A DNA stretch of 60,771 bases, filler included. It is 5 parts of 5 records of this genome, joined end to end, with 100 filler letters (N's around TTAATTAATTAA, not from the genome) between each part and the next. Parts side by side here need not be neighbours in the genome. Positions count along the whole stretch, not along the records: positions 1 to 11,342 come from SRR22947725_4195; positions 11,443 to 28,550 come from SRR22947725_4197; 3 more parts are not named here. One strand, 5' to 3'. The stretch's first letter is position 1, and each line of letters starts with the position of its first letter. Made by a program: the position numbers and the translations under genes. Positions 9,600 to 18,829 of the stretch are shown piece after piece. The notes under the pieces are model-generated. The model saw nothing but the letters and a program-made list of their open reading frames with translations, made no database searches and was not told the origin of the DNA.

Positions 9600-11342
9600 T
9601 TAATTCTCTTGCGCTTCAGCTACAAGATCTTTAACTGTTTGATTTACTTCAGACTCACTACCCTTAATAACAGAAGAAACTTTCGATTGAACTCCGTCTT
9701 TGTTAGTTATAATCTTGACTTCTGCAGTTATATTATTTGCATCATCAAAGCTAGTAGCATTTACTTCAACCTGAACTTCATTAGTAACTGAAGAATGATT
9801 TTCAGAAATAGAATGACCACCTAAAATAGGAGCAATCACTAAACCAATCAAACAAGTTAACTTAATTAAAATATTCATTGAAGGGCCTGACGTATCTTTA
9901 AAAGGATCACCAACTGTATCTCCAGTTACAGCAGCTTTGTGAGCCTCCGAACCTTTATAAGTCATCTCACCGTTGATCTCAACTCCTGCTTCAAATGATT
10001 TTTTAGCATTATCCCAAGCTCCACCAGCGTTATTTTGAAATATTGCCCATAAAACTCCACTTACAGTAACCCCCGCCATATAACCACCAAGCATTTCGGC
10101 AATTATTTGATTATCCATACCAAATAACATTGGTAAGACAGTTATTAGTATTGGGAAACCGATAGTTAATAAACCAGGTAACATCATTTCTTTTAACGAA
10201 GCCTGTGTTGAAATAGCAACACATTTATCATATTCTGGTTTACCAGTTCCTTCCATAATTCCAGGAATATCTTTAAACTGTCTTCTTACTTCATATACCA
10301 TTTCCATTGCAGCTTTTCCTACTGCATTCATTGCAAGTGCAGAGAAAACAACCGGAATCATAGCTCCGACAAATAACATTGCTAAAACTGGAGCTTTAAA
10401 TATGTTTATACCATCAATTCCTGTAAATGTAACATAAGCAGCAAATAAGGCAAGAGATGTTAAAGCAGCAGATGCAATAGCAAACCCTTTTCCTGTAGCT
10501 GCAGTAGTATTACCAACTGAATCTAAGATATCCGTTCTTTCTCTTACTATAGGTTCTTGCTCACTCATTTCTGCAATACCACCAGCATTGTCAGAAATTG
10601 GACCGAAAGCATCAATCGCTAACTGCATAGCAGTGGTAGCCATCATTGCAGAAGCGGCTAAAGCAACTCCGTAAAATCCTGCAAGAGCATATGAACCCCA
10701 AATAGCAGCAGCAAAAAGTAGTACTGATGGGAATGTAGATATCATACCAGTAGCTAAACCAGCGATAATATTAGTACCTGCTCCGGTACTTGATTTTTGT
10801 ACGATTTCTAAAATTGGTTTTTTACCAAGACCTGTATAATATTCAGTAATTGAAGAAATAACTCCACCAACAAACAATCCAACTAGAGTAGCAAAAAAGA
10901 CTCTCATTGAAGAAATATCTTGTTTACCTTCTCCAAAGAACTCCATTTGCATTGTTTCGGGTAACATATAATCAACTAACAAATAACATGATAAAGCAAC
11001 CAAAGCTATAGAAACCCAGTTACCTTTATTTAATGCACCCATCACCTCATCTTCTTTAGCATCATTAGAATTTATTTTTACTAGCATAGTTCCTATTGCT
11101 GAAATAATAATTCCGACTCCAGCAATTGCCATTGGTAATAATATTGGACCAATACCTCCAAAAGCGTCATCAATTGAACCGCCCATATCAACAATAACAT
11201 AATTTCCTAATACCATTGCTGCTAAAACTGTCGCTACATAGGAACCAAATAAATCTGCTCCCATACCTGCAACATCTCCAACATTATCACCTACGTTATC
11301 AGCAATAGTCGCTGGATTTCTTGGGTCATCTTCTGGAATTCC
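9600..11342 (-). CDS. hppA: Membrane-integral ion-translocating pyrophosphatase, K+-dependent type, 5'-truncated by the contig end
   Basis: The frame is open to 11342 ([32 protein letters not shown]). [15 protein letters not shown] (Ala marks K+-dependent enzymes) and [15 protein letters not shown] motifs. Confidence 0.95.
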   Translation of the reverse strand, partial: GIPEDDPRNPATIADNVGDNVGDVAGMGADLFGSYVATVLAAMVLGNYVIVDMGGSIDDAFGGIGPILLPMAIAGVGIIISAIGTMLVKINSNDAKEDEVMGALNKGNWVSIALVALSCYLLVDYMLPETMQMEFFGEGKQDISSMRVFFATLVGLFVGGVISSITEYYTGLGKKPILEIVQKSSTGAGTNIIAGLATGMISTFPSVLLFAAAIWGSYALAGFYGVALAASAMMATTAMQLAIDAFGPISDNAGGIAEMSEQEPIVRERTDILDSVGNTTAATGKGFAIASAALTSLALFAAYVTFTGIDGINIFKAPVLAMLFVGAMIPVVFSALAMNAVGKAAMEMVYEVRRQFKDIPGIMEGTGKPEYDKCVAISTQASLKEMMLPGLLTIGFPILITVLPMLFGMDNQIIAEMLGGYMAGVTVSGVLWAIFQNNAGGAWDNAKKSFEAGVEINGEMTYKGSEAHKAAVTGDTVGDPFKDTSGPSMNILIKLTCLIGLVIAPILGGHSISENHSSVTNEVQVEVNATSFDDANNITAEVKIITNKDGVQSKVSSVIKGSESEVNQTVKDLVAEAQEN

Positions 11343-11442
11343 NNNNNNNNNNNNNNNNNNNNNNNNNNNNNNNNNNNNNNNNNNNNTTAATTAATTAANN
11401 NNNNNNNNNNNNNNNNNNNNNNNNNNNNNNNNNNNNNNNNNN
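11343..11442. other. Artificial contig spacer
   Basis: 44 N + TTAATTAATTAA (stops in all six frames) + 44 N. Confidence 0.99.
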
Positions 11443-11443
11443 A

Positions 11444-11917
11444 AAATCAGGTAAAGCAACAATGATTGGTATTGCTACTGGAATGGTTGCGGGTCTTGCA
11501 ACAATTACACCAGCATCTGGCACTGTGGGTCCTGCAGGTGCTATGTTGATTGGGCTATTAGCAGGATCTATTTGTTTTTACGCAACTCAATTAATTAAAT
11601 CTGGTTTAATGATAGATGATTCCTTGGATGTTTTTCCTGTTCATGGTGTTGGCGGCATACTTGGAATTGTAATGTTGAGTTTGATTGGAAATCCCGATGG
11701 TTTCTTGGGCTCAGGATCAACAGGATTTGATAATTCAACGATTGATCAATTATTTATTCAAGTTCAAGGTATATTTATAATTTGTGCTTGGACTGCTGTT
11801 GCAACATATATTATTTTAAAAGTATTAAATATTTTTGTTGATTTAAGAGTTTCACAAGAAGAGGAAGATGAGGGTCTAGATATCAGCCTTCATAATGAGC
11901 AAGGATATAATTTATAA
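11444..11917 (+). CDS. amtB: Ammonium transporter, C-terminal fragment
   Basis: GMVAGLATITPASG, DDSLDVFPVHGVGG and EEEDEGLDISLHNEQGY motifs; the frame is open to the contig start. Confidence 0.93.
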   Translation, partial: KSGKATMIGIATGMVAGLATITPASGTVGPAGAMLIGLLAGSICFYATQLIKSGLMIDDSLDVFPVHGVGGILGIVMLSLIGNPDGFLGSGSTGFDNSTIDQLFIQVQGIFIICAWTAVATYIILKVLNIFVDLRVSQEEEDEGLDISLHNEQGYNL

Positions 11918-13021
11918 AGAATTGCTATATTGTTTTAAAAAAGTGTCATGTAATTCCTCGGGAATATATGACATTTTTTTTTGTAAGTATCTATAACCAT
12001 CTTTTAAATGCTCATCAATAACATCAACCTTAATTTCTTTATTTTTAAGAATGAGATCTGCAGCATAATTTGTTGCATGGTTTTTATATAAAGACTTAAT
12101 ATTATCTGAAATTTTTGATGCGCATTCTAGATAGTCATCGCCTTCAAATAGGATTTGTTTTCCGATAGATAAAGATACATTTCCTTTTTCTAAAGTAATT
12201 CCATCTGAAATACTTTTAAGATCCTCTCCTTTTTTCTTTCGATACTCAACCCCATTAATGCTTGAAAATACCTCTTTAGCTTTCAATATGTCATTTGGGT
12301 CATATTCATATGAGATTGCAACTGGTATAACCTTAAGGGAATTTAGCGATTGTGAGATATTATTAGATCTCCTTGAGTGCAAGTGAATCATTTTTAATAC
12401 AGATGGGTCGGTTATATCAATACCATCTTTTGATCGTCCTTGCTTTTGAGCTATCCATACAGACTCATTCTTATCTAAAATCCTATCTTGAATAAACTCC
12501 GATGCAATATTTAAACTATCGTAGATTGCTCTTTTTGATTTGCCACTCCTATCTATAATGAAGCTTTTATTTAATCTCATAAGGTCTGATGCCCAGCCTT
12601 CTTCCACAAGATTATTACCAACAGCATTATTAGTGGTTTTTAAATTATTTCTATATAAAGAATAGTTAAGTAGCGCTGAATCAAGTGTTATATCCCTATG
12701 ATTTGAAATAAAAAGATATGATTCATTCTCGTCAATGTAATCCAAGCCCTCAACACTAAAGTTATTAATGGTATTTTTTATAACTTCATCAACAATATTT
12801 TTAAAGATATTTTGATAATCTTTAATAGTTTTTATTTTTTTAACCTTAGATTTAAGTAACTTGGCTGCAATAAAATGAATAAATGGTAGCTTCGATAGTT
12901 GCGATAAAGCTGATGATGAGGAAATAAAAAGATTTTGCAAATCTCTATCTTCAACCAATCTGCTAAGAACAATAGAGACTTCAGAATCATCATAAGGTCT
13001 TATGGAATCAAATTTATTCAT
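11912..13021 (-). CDS. Glycerolipid (PlsC-family) acyltransferase
   Basis: NHRDITLD (HX4D), WIAQKQGRSKDG and ISYEYDP motifs. Confidence 0.88.
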   Translation of the reverse strand: MNKFDSIRPYDDSEVSIVLSRLVEDRDLQNLFISSSSALSQLSKLPFIHFIAAKLLKSKVKKIKTIKDYQNIFKNIVDEVIKNTINNFSVEGLDYIDENESYLFISNHRDITLDSALLNYSLYRNNLKTTNNAVGNNLVEEGWASDLMRLNKSFIIDRSGKSKRAIYDSLNIASEFIQDRILDKNESVWIAQKQGRSKDGIDITDPSVLKMIHLHSRRSNNISQSLNSLKVIPVAISYEYDPNDILKAKEVFSSINGVEYRKKKGEDLKSISDGITLEKGNVSLSIGKQILFEGDDYLECASKISDNIKSLYKNHATNYAADLILKNKEIKVDVIDEHLKDGYRYLQKKMSYIPEELHDTFLKQYSNSL

Positions 13022-13081
13022 TAATTTATTTCACAATTGTAAAAATGTATTTTACATCAAATATGTATACAATATTTACCT

Positions 13082-13810
13082 ATGAAATCATATCTTGACT
13101 ATAAAGGTTTTGAGGTTTTGGCGCACAGAGGTGGTTCAATAGAATCTTATGAAAATACTGTTGAGTCTTTCCAGTACTCAATTGAATTGGGTTGTAAGTA
13201 TATTGAAACCGATGTTCAGTTATCATCTGATGGAAAGCCTTACATCTTCCATGATGACTCAATTAAAAGATTAACAGGTCAAGATCTGCTTTTTAATGAA
13301 CTGCATAGTGATGATATAGATAAAATAAGAATATTTAATAACTTAAAAATTCCACTTTTAAAAGATGTTCTTTTAAAGTTTCCTAATACTAAATTTCAAA
13401 TTGATGTTAAAACTGATGAGGTTGCCATGCCATCTCTTGAAATTATTCATCAAATAAATGCAGAAAATAGAGTCTGTATTGCGAGCTTTAGTAGCGCAAG
13501 ACTCGAAAGAGTTAGTGCTGAATATCCAGAAATTTGTATTTCTATGGGTCCAAAGGAGATTGTAAAATTACTACTATCAAGCTTTGGATTATATGGAAAA
13601 AAAATACCTGGCGATTGCTTGCAAGTTCCAATCTATCAATACGGTATTAAACTTGTAACTAAAAGATTTGTTAATTTTATTCATAGTAAAGGCCTAAAAA
13701 TAATTGTATGGACTATCAATGATGAAAAGACAATGAAAATGCTTTTTGACATGGGTGTAGATGGCGTCATCACTGATAAACCAAAAAAATTATTTGAAGT
13801 TATAAACTAA
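13082..13810 (+). CDS. Glycerophosphodiester phosphodiesterase
   Basis: AHRGG, ENT, IETDVQLSSDG, HD, WTIN and GVDGVITD motifs. Confidence 0.93.
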   Translation: MKSYLDYKGFEVLAHRGGSIESYENTVESFQYSIELGCKYIETDVQLSSDGKPYIFHDDSIKRLTGQDLLFNELHSDDIDKIRIFNNLKIPLLKDVLLKFPNTKFQIDVKTDEVAMPSLEIIHQINAENRVCIASFSSARLERVSAEYPEICISMGPKEIVKLLLSSFGLYGKKIPGDCLQVPIYQYGIKLVTKRFVNFIHSKGLKIIVWTINDEKTMKMLFDMGVDGVITDKPKKLFEVIN

Positions 13811-14004
13811 TCTTCTTTAATAAAAATACTTAACAGGTATTTTTTAGCTAAGACATATATTGGAATAATGATTGAAGTAGTTATCAATATTTCAAGCTTC
13901 CAATCAAAATCAATGAGACCTCTTATAAACGGAGCAATAAAAAATGCAGTAAATGCTCCTAAAATGCTATAAAAAATAATTGATTCCTTGCTTAAAAGCT
14001 TCAT
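13807..14004 (-). CDS. Small two-TM membrane protein (65 aa)
   Basis: The ATG at 14004 overlaps the MFS stop (TAATG coupling); MKLLSKESIIFYSILGAF... has two hydrophobic helices. Confidence 0.6.
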   Translation of the reverse strand: MKLLSKESIIFYSILGAFTAFFIAPFIRGLIDFDWKLEILITTSIIIPIYVLAKKYLLSIFIKED

Positions 14005-15254
14005 TACCTCGCCTTCAGCAATAAAAGTCCACCGCAAATAAATAGCATTACAATTGGAAGTAGAGCCATTGTTGTATCTTGAAAGTGAAGTAAGAAAAAA
14101 CCGACCAGTAACGGGCCCATAAAAGCTCCAGCTTTTCCAAATGTATTAAAAAGACCAAAAAATTCACCTGCTTTTTCTTGAGGAATAATTTTTGCAAAAT
14201 AGCCCCGAGAGCTAGCTTGAATACCACCCTGAACTGAGCCTACAAGGGCCGCCATTAAATAAAATTCTACAGCCGTTGAAAGCTTAGTCGTAAATAGGAT
14301 AATTGCTATATATAGAATGATTGAGAAAGATATAACAAATATATCTCCACTTCTTTCTCCAATATGAGACCACATAATTGTAGCTGGGAAAGCTACAAAT
14401 TGAACGATAATTAAACCAATAATAATAGCGCTATTTTCTAGACCAAGGTTTTTAGCAAATGTTGATGCTAGATACACTACAGTATGAACTCCATCAATAT
14501 ATAAGAAAAATGCTAGTAGAAAAATAAAAGCTTTTTTATATTTTTGTATTTCTTTAAAAGTAGTGTAAATATTTTTAAGAGAGCTTATAAAAGTATTGGT
14601 TTCTATCGTTTCTTTAGTAACATTGCTATCTTTGAATGAAATTAAAAGAGGTATAGAGAAGGTAAGCCACCACACTGATACCGTTAAAAATGACCATCTA
14701 ATCGCATCAGCCTGAGACTCAAGACCAAATGATGAAGGGTAAAGTGTCATTAATGCATTAACAAGGAATAAGGTACCACCACCTAAATAACCCCAAGCGT
14801 ATCCATATCCAGATATTTTTGAGAATAAGTCTGGTGATGCTATCAAAACTAGTATTTTGTCATACAAGACTAATGATGCAGAAAAGAAGTAATTGGCAAG
14901 TGCATAAAAAATTAATGCATACATCCATGAACCAGACTTTATAAAAAATAGCATGGTCACACATATAACTCCAAGCAGTAAGAAAGTCCTAAAAAGTGAT
15001 TTTGTACTATTTGATATATCTGAATAGGAACCAATCAAAGGTGCTGTAAAAAGTAAGATTATATTTGATACAGCCAAGGCAAAAGATTGATATGAGGCAG
15101 CATCAATTTTATCAATATTAGCTGCCCAAAAATCAAAGTAAAAAATTGGAAAAAAAGCAGCAACAACGGTAGTTACAAAAGAAGAATTGCCAACATCATA
15201 AGCAATCCATGATTTAACTTGATTTGAAAATCTTTTTTTAGAATTTATGTTCAA
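14004..15254 (-). CDS. MFS transporter (UMF1/ATG22-like)
   Basis: SW..YD.GNS.F N-terminus, S..GYAWGYLGG and GG.QA.SR..FA..IP motifs; about 12 TM segments. Confidence 0.88.
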   Translation of the reverse strand: MNINSKKRFSNQVKSWIAYDVGNSSFVTTVVAAFFPIFYFDFWAANIDKIDAASYQSFALAVSNIILLFTAPLIGSYSDISNSTKSLFRTFLLLGVICVTMLFFIKSGSWMYALIFYALANYFFSASLVLYDKILVLIASPDLFSKISGYGYAWGYLGGGTLFLVNALMTLYPSSFGLESQADAIRWSFLTVSVWWLTFSIPLLISFKDSNVTKETIETNTFISSLKNIYTTFKEIQKYKKAFIFLLAFFLYIDGVHTVVYLASTFAKNLGLENSAIIIGLIIVQFVAFPATIMWSHIGERSGDIFVISFSIILYIAIILFTTKLSTAVEFYLMAALVGSVQGGIQASSRGYFAKIIPQEKAGEFFGLFNTFGKAGAFMGPLLVGFFLLHFQDTTMALLPIVMLFICGGLLLLKAR

Positions 15255-15353
15255 TGTGCTTATATAATGTTTTTATCATTCTATATGAAAAAAATGTGTT
15301 GTAAAAAATTAAAACTTTTAATATATTTCATTAATTAATTTACGGGAGAGATT

Positions 15354-15455
15354 ATGCAAGATAACGAAACGATTAAAAAGGGTGCAATATTCATTCTAGG
15401 AATAGGATTTACCATTTTTTTGCTTGGCTTGGGTGCTGTTATTTTTTATAACTAG
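15354..15455 (+). CDS. Unannotated 33-aa single-TM miniprotein
   Basis: SD-like GGGAGAG at 15344-15350; translates to MQDNETIKKGAIFILGIGFTIFLLGLGAVIFYN*; its stop overlaps the HIT stop in CTAG. Confidence 0.6.
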   Translation: MQDNETIKKGAIFILGIGFTIFLLGLGAVIFYN

Positions 15456-15793
15456 CCTGGAGGCCATTTAAAAGGTCTGCCTGCTAACAAGTGAATATGC
15501 AGGTGGAATACACTTTGACCTGCCTTGGCTCCATTATTCATAACCAGCCTAAAGGTATCATCAAGATTGAGCTGTGATCCCATTTTCTTCGCTACAACCA
15601 TTAAATGTCCTAATAACATAGCATCTGAATCATCTGCTTTTGAAATCATTTTAACAGCTTTTTTAGGAATTATTAAAAGATGGATTGGTGCTTGCGGAGC
15701 TATATCGTTTATAACAATACAAAGGTCATCTTCATAGAGTATTTCAGCGCTAATCTCTCTTCTAATAATTTTTTCAAAAAGAGTTAAATCCAT
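15452..15793 (-). CDS. hinT: Histidine triad nucleotide-binding protein
   Basis: DIAPQAPIH, GQSVFHLHIH and C-terminal WPPG. Confidence 0.93.
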   Translation of the reverse strand: MDLTLFEKIIRREISAEILYEDDLCIVINDIAPQAPIHLLIIPKKAVKMISKADDSDAMLLGHLMVVAKKMGSQLNLDDTFRLVMNNGAKAGQSVFHLHIHLLAGRPFKWPPG

Positions 15794-15804
15794 AATTTAA
15801 GAAA

Positions 15805-15993
15805 TTAAATAAAGCCTCTGAGAGCTCTAAAACCAATATAAAAAATTACAGCTGTCATTACTATAGCAAGCATAATTATTAAAAGATCTCTAAGTGTTTG
15901 AAGTAAGCGACCCTGCTGTTTAACTTTTACTAACTTTAATAATAAAAATATAATTGCAATAGAGCTTACTAAAAGAATAAATATACTAATCAT
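15805..15993 (-). CDS. Small two-TM membrane protein (62 aa)
   Basis: Fills the gap between DedA and HIT; GAGGGA SD-like sequence upstream; two hydrophobic helices. Confidence 0.55.
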   Translation of the reverse strand: MISIFILLVSSIAIIFLLLKLVKVKQQGRLLQTLRDLLIIMLAIVMTAVIFYIGFRALRGFI

Positions 15994-16000
15994 AAATCCC

Positions 16001-16507
16001 TCAATTAAAAATTGAACCTACTCCTGTTACTAGCACACCAAGGGCAAAACCCCATAAAAGACAAGCCACTAAATCTGCTAAATAAAATTTTAACGTCTTA
16101 AGATCAGAAACACCAAGTAAAAAAGGGACAAGTGGTCTTATTGCAGGAATAAACCTTCCAATCACAACTGCATAAGGCCCCCTCCTATCAAGAAAAGATT
16201 GGGATCTAGAGATAATTTTTTTTCTTTTTTGAAAGAATTTAGAATTTATTAAGTTTGGGCCAAGCGTTTTACCAAAGAAAAATCCACACATGTCACCTAA
16301 GTGAGCTCCTATAATAGCCATAGGCACAATAAGACTCAAAGGCAAAGCATCTGTATTATATATAAATATGCAAATAGAAAATAAAATTGCACTAGAGACA
16401 ATTGCTCCAGAAATCACAAATGATTCTAAGAATGCAAAAAATAAAATTATTAGCCACGCATATTCAGCATTAGCAGAGAGAAATAATTCTAACTTATCTA
16501 TATTCAT
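16001..16507 (-). CDS. DedA family membrane protein
   Basis: FAFLES, GAHLGD and GRFIPAIR motifs. Confidence 0.9.
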   Translation of the reverse strand: MNIDKLELFLSANAEYAWLIILFFAFLESFVISGAIVSSAILFSICIFIYNTDALPLSLIVPMAIIGAHLGDMCGFFFGKTLGPNLINSKFFQKRKKIISRSQSFLDRRGPYAVVIGRFIPAIRPLVPFLLGVSDLKTLKFYLADLVACLLWGFALGVLVTGVGSIFN

Positions 16508-16579
16508 GAATATTTGATTTTACGTTGTTTTGAAACTTAATAGAAACTATTATTTAGCTTAATTAATTTTATAAACTTA

Positions 16580-17692
16580 ATGATAGAAAAATTTAATATA
16601 GATATACCTCAAAAAGATATAGAGTTCTTAAATAAAAAATTAGCAACAACAAGATGGCCGGATGAGTTAGATAATAAAGATTGGTCTGATGGAACGAATT
16701 TAGAATTTCTTAAAGATTTATGTGAGTATTGGGCTGCGGATTATAATTGGAGAGAGCACGAAAAAACTCTAAATGATATTGGAAGTTATAAATTTTTTCA
16801 TGATGATGGATATGTGCACTTCCTCCATTCTAAATCAGACAACCCTAACGCAACTAATTTAATACTAACTCACGGATGGCCAGGTAGCATTCAAGAATTT
16901 ATAAAATTAATTAGATACCTTAATGAGAATCATAATCAAAAATTTAATATTGTTTGTCCCTCCCTTCCTGGCTTTGGTTTTTCGTCAAAACCTAAAAAAA
17001 GGGGTACTGATTCCAAAGCTATTGCAATAATTCAAAATAATCTAATGCTTGAACTTGGTTATGAAAATTATATAGCTCAAGGAGGTGATTGGGGAGCAAC
17101 AGTAAGCAAATGGATGGCTGATCTGTTTCCTGATAATTGTATTGGTTTACATTTAAATTTGGTAATCGCCTACCCTCCAGATATTGAACCAATGCGAGGT
17201 GTAACAGAGCAAGAAATTAAATTTTTAGATAACTTTGAGAAATATAAAAGTCAGGGTTATGGGTATTATGAAATTCAAAAAACCAAACCTCAAACAATAG
17301 GTTATTTACTTAATGATTCACCTGCAGGTCTCGCAGCATGGATAAGCGAAAAATTTTATGGGTGGTTTGAAGATGGGAACAGGGATATTGTTATTGGTAT
17401 TGATGAGTTACTTTCAATTATATCCTTGTATTGGTTTACTGAATCTGGAGCCTCATCTGCTAGACTGTATAAAGAAAATAATGGGCTTGGCTTCTCTTTC
17501 AATAAAGTAAGTCAACCTACAGCAGGTGCAATATTTAAAAATGATATTATGATTCCACCTAAAGTGTGGGCAGAAAATATCTATAATATTGTTCAGTGGA
17601 ATGTTTATGAAGGTGGGCATTTTGCAGCAATGGAAAGACCAATAGATCTTGCTGAAGATTTAATTAAATTTATTAATAAATTAAAGGTCTAA
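16580..17692 (+). CDS. Epoxide hydrolase (EHN N-terminal domain + alpha/beta hydrolase)
   Basis: TRWPD, HGWPGS, GGDWG nucleophile, DSPAGLAAWI.EK and GGHFAAME motifs. Confidence 0.92.
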   Translation: MIEKFNIDIPQKDIEFLNKKLATTRWPDELDNKDWSDGTNLEFLKDLCEYWAADYNWREHEKTLNDIGSYKFFHDDGYVHFLHSKSDNPNATNLILTHGWPGSIQEFIKLIRYLNENHNQKFNIVCPSLPGFGFSSKPKKRGTDSKAIAIIQNNLMLELGYENYIAQGGDWGATVSKWMADLFPDNCIGLHLNLVIAYPPDIEPMRGVTEQEIKFLDNFEKYKSQGYGYYEIQKTKPQTIGYLLNDSPAGLAAWISEKFYGWFEDGNRDIVIGIDELLSIISLYWFTESGASSARLYKENNGLGFSFNKVSQPTAGAIFKNDIMIPPKVWAENIYNIVQWNVYEGGHFAAMERPIDLAEDLIKFINKLKV

Positions 17693-18772
17693 TGATTTTA
17701 AGATTTCTTCAAATGATACAAGTTTAAAATTTTGTCTTTTAACTTTTGATTTACCATCATTAGTTCCATCCTGAGCTACAAATAATCCACTACTAAAATC
17801 CTTATTTAAGTTAAAGTTAATTGCAGATATCCCATCAGTGTCTGTAACACCATCAATGTCTTTTGAATGACCAATTTTGAAGCTGCCAATATACTCATGA
17901 GGTGATAACCTATTATACAAATTAAATGTGTCATCTCCCTGAGAAGATACAATAACATATCCTTCTTTTTTAGAAGTTTTGTATAGTGTTACTCCTTCTG
18001 GATCTCCATTAATTAGCCCCGCTCTATTATCAATCACAGAGGGTGAATTAAAATCTAATTCATCATTAATGGTGTATGCTCTAAGGATTCCTCTGTCCTG
18101 CTCTTCTGAAATGAATAGTATTCTATTCTCATCATCATATACACACCCTTCAGATTGAATAGCGTTAGCATTTTTAAAAGTCGTAAGTAAGGTGAGTCCT
18201 AATGAATTATAACTCCACAACTCAACATCAGGGCTTCCGTCAGCAGTGAGAAATGCTATTAAACCAAATGTACTATCATAACCTCCACACACACCATAAA
18301 CTTCAACATTTGATTTAGATCTTATATATGGTTCCTTTGGAAGTGCAAAGTTATTATTTTTAAGTGCCAAGTTTATATTAGTATCAGAGAATACCCATAC
18401 ATCAAGTGTATTAAGCGTTCTGTTTGATGCAAAAATAAAGGAATATGGTCCAAGTTCAAGCCCATCATCATCTGTTACATTGATTGTTCTTGTATCAATA
18501 TTATTGATATCGCCGAGCTCAACATAATTAATTTTATCTCCATTAAGGTTATAGGTATATATACCACTCCTTTTATCAGTCGCAAAAATTAATGATTTTG
18601 ATGGATTGGTTTGATTAAGCCATATTGCTGGATCATCAGCAGCATCACCCTTGGAAATAACCTGTGGTGTTTCATATATTGGCTTTACAACTTTTATTTT
18701 TTTATCAACATCGTTATATGAGAAGGCATTCAAAGAAATAAATATTGCAGCAATAAAGGAGTATAGTTTCAT
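17681..18772 (-). CDS. Beta-propeller phytase (single domain, secreted)
   Basis: Signal peptide; DAADDPAIW, NNID.R, SEGCVYDD, D.EG.TLY, SSQGD, TDG and QNFKLV motifs. Confidence 0.9.
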   Translation of the reverse strand: MKLYSFIAAIFISLNAFSYNDVDKKIKVVKPIYETPQVISKGDAADDPAIWLNQTNPSKSLIFATDKRSGIYTYNLNGDKINYVELGDINNIDTRTINVTDDDGLELGPYSFIFASNRTLNTLDVWVFSDTNINLALKNNNFALPKEPYIRSKSNVEVYGVCGGYDSTFGLIAFLTADGSPDVELWSYNSLGLTLLTTFKNANAIQSEGCVYDDENRILFISEEQDRGILRAYTINDELDFNSPSVIDNRAGLINGDPEGVTLYKTSKKEGYVIVSSQGDDTFNLYNRLSPHEYIGSFKIGHSKDIDGVTDTDGISAINFNLNKDFSSGLFVAQDGTNDGKSKVKRQNFKLVSFEEILKSLDL

Positions 18773-18786
18773 GATATTGTCTAGTT

Positions 18787-18814
18787 TTTTAAAGGGCTAA
18801 ATAGCCCTTTAAAA
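18787..18814 (-). terminator. Stem-loop between the TonB receptor and phytase (weak terminator or mRNA-stabilising hairpin)
   Basis: TTTTAAAGGGCTA-AA-TAGCCCTTTAAAA inverted repeat; only a short U run on the coding strand. Confidence 0.55.
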
Positions 18815-18829
18815 TGTTTATTAATAATA

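Noticed and set aside
9567-9791. 74-aa plus-strand ORF
   Set aside because: It starts inside the terminator hairpin and is antisense to the pyrophosphatase 3' end.
11387-11398. Repeated TTAATTAATTAA palindrome (also at 28595, 34363 and 54745)
   Set aside because: Synthetic six-frame-stop linker centred in N runs; not biological.
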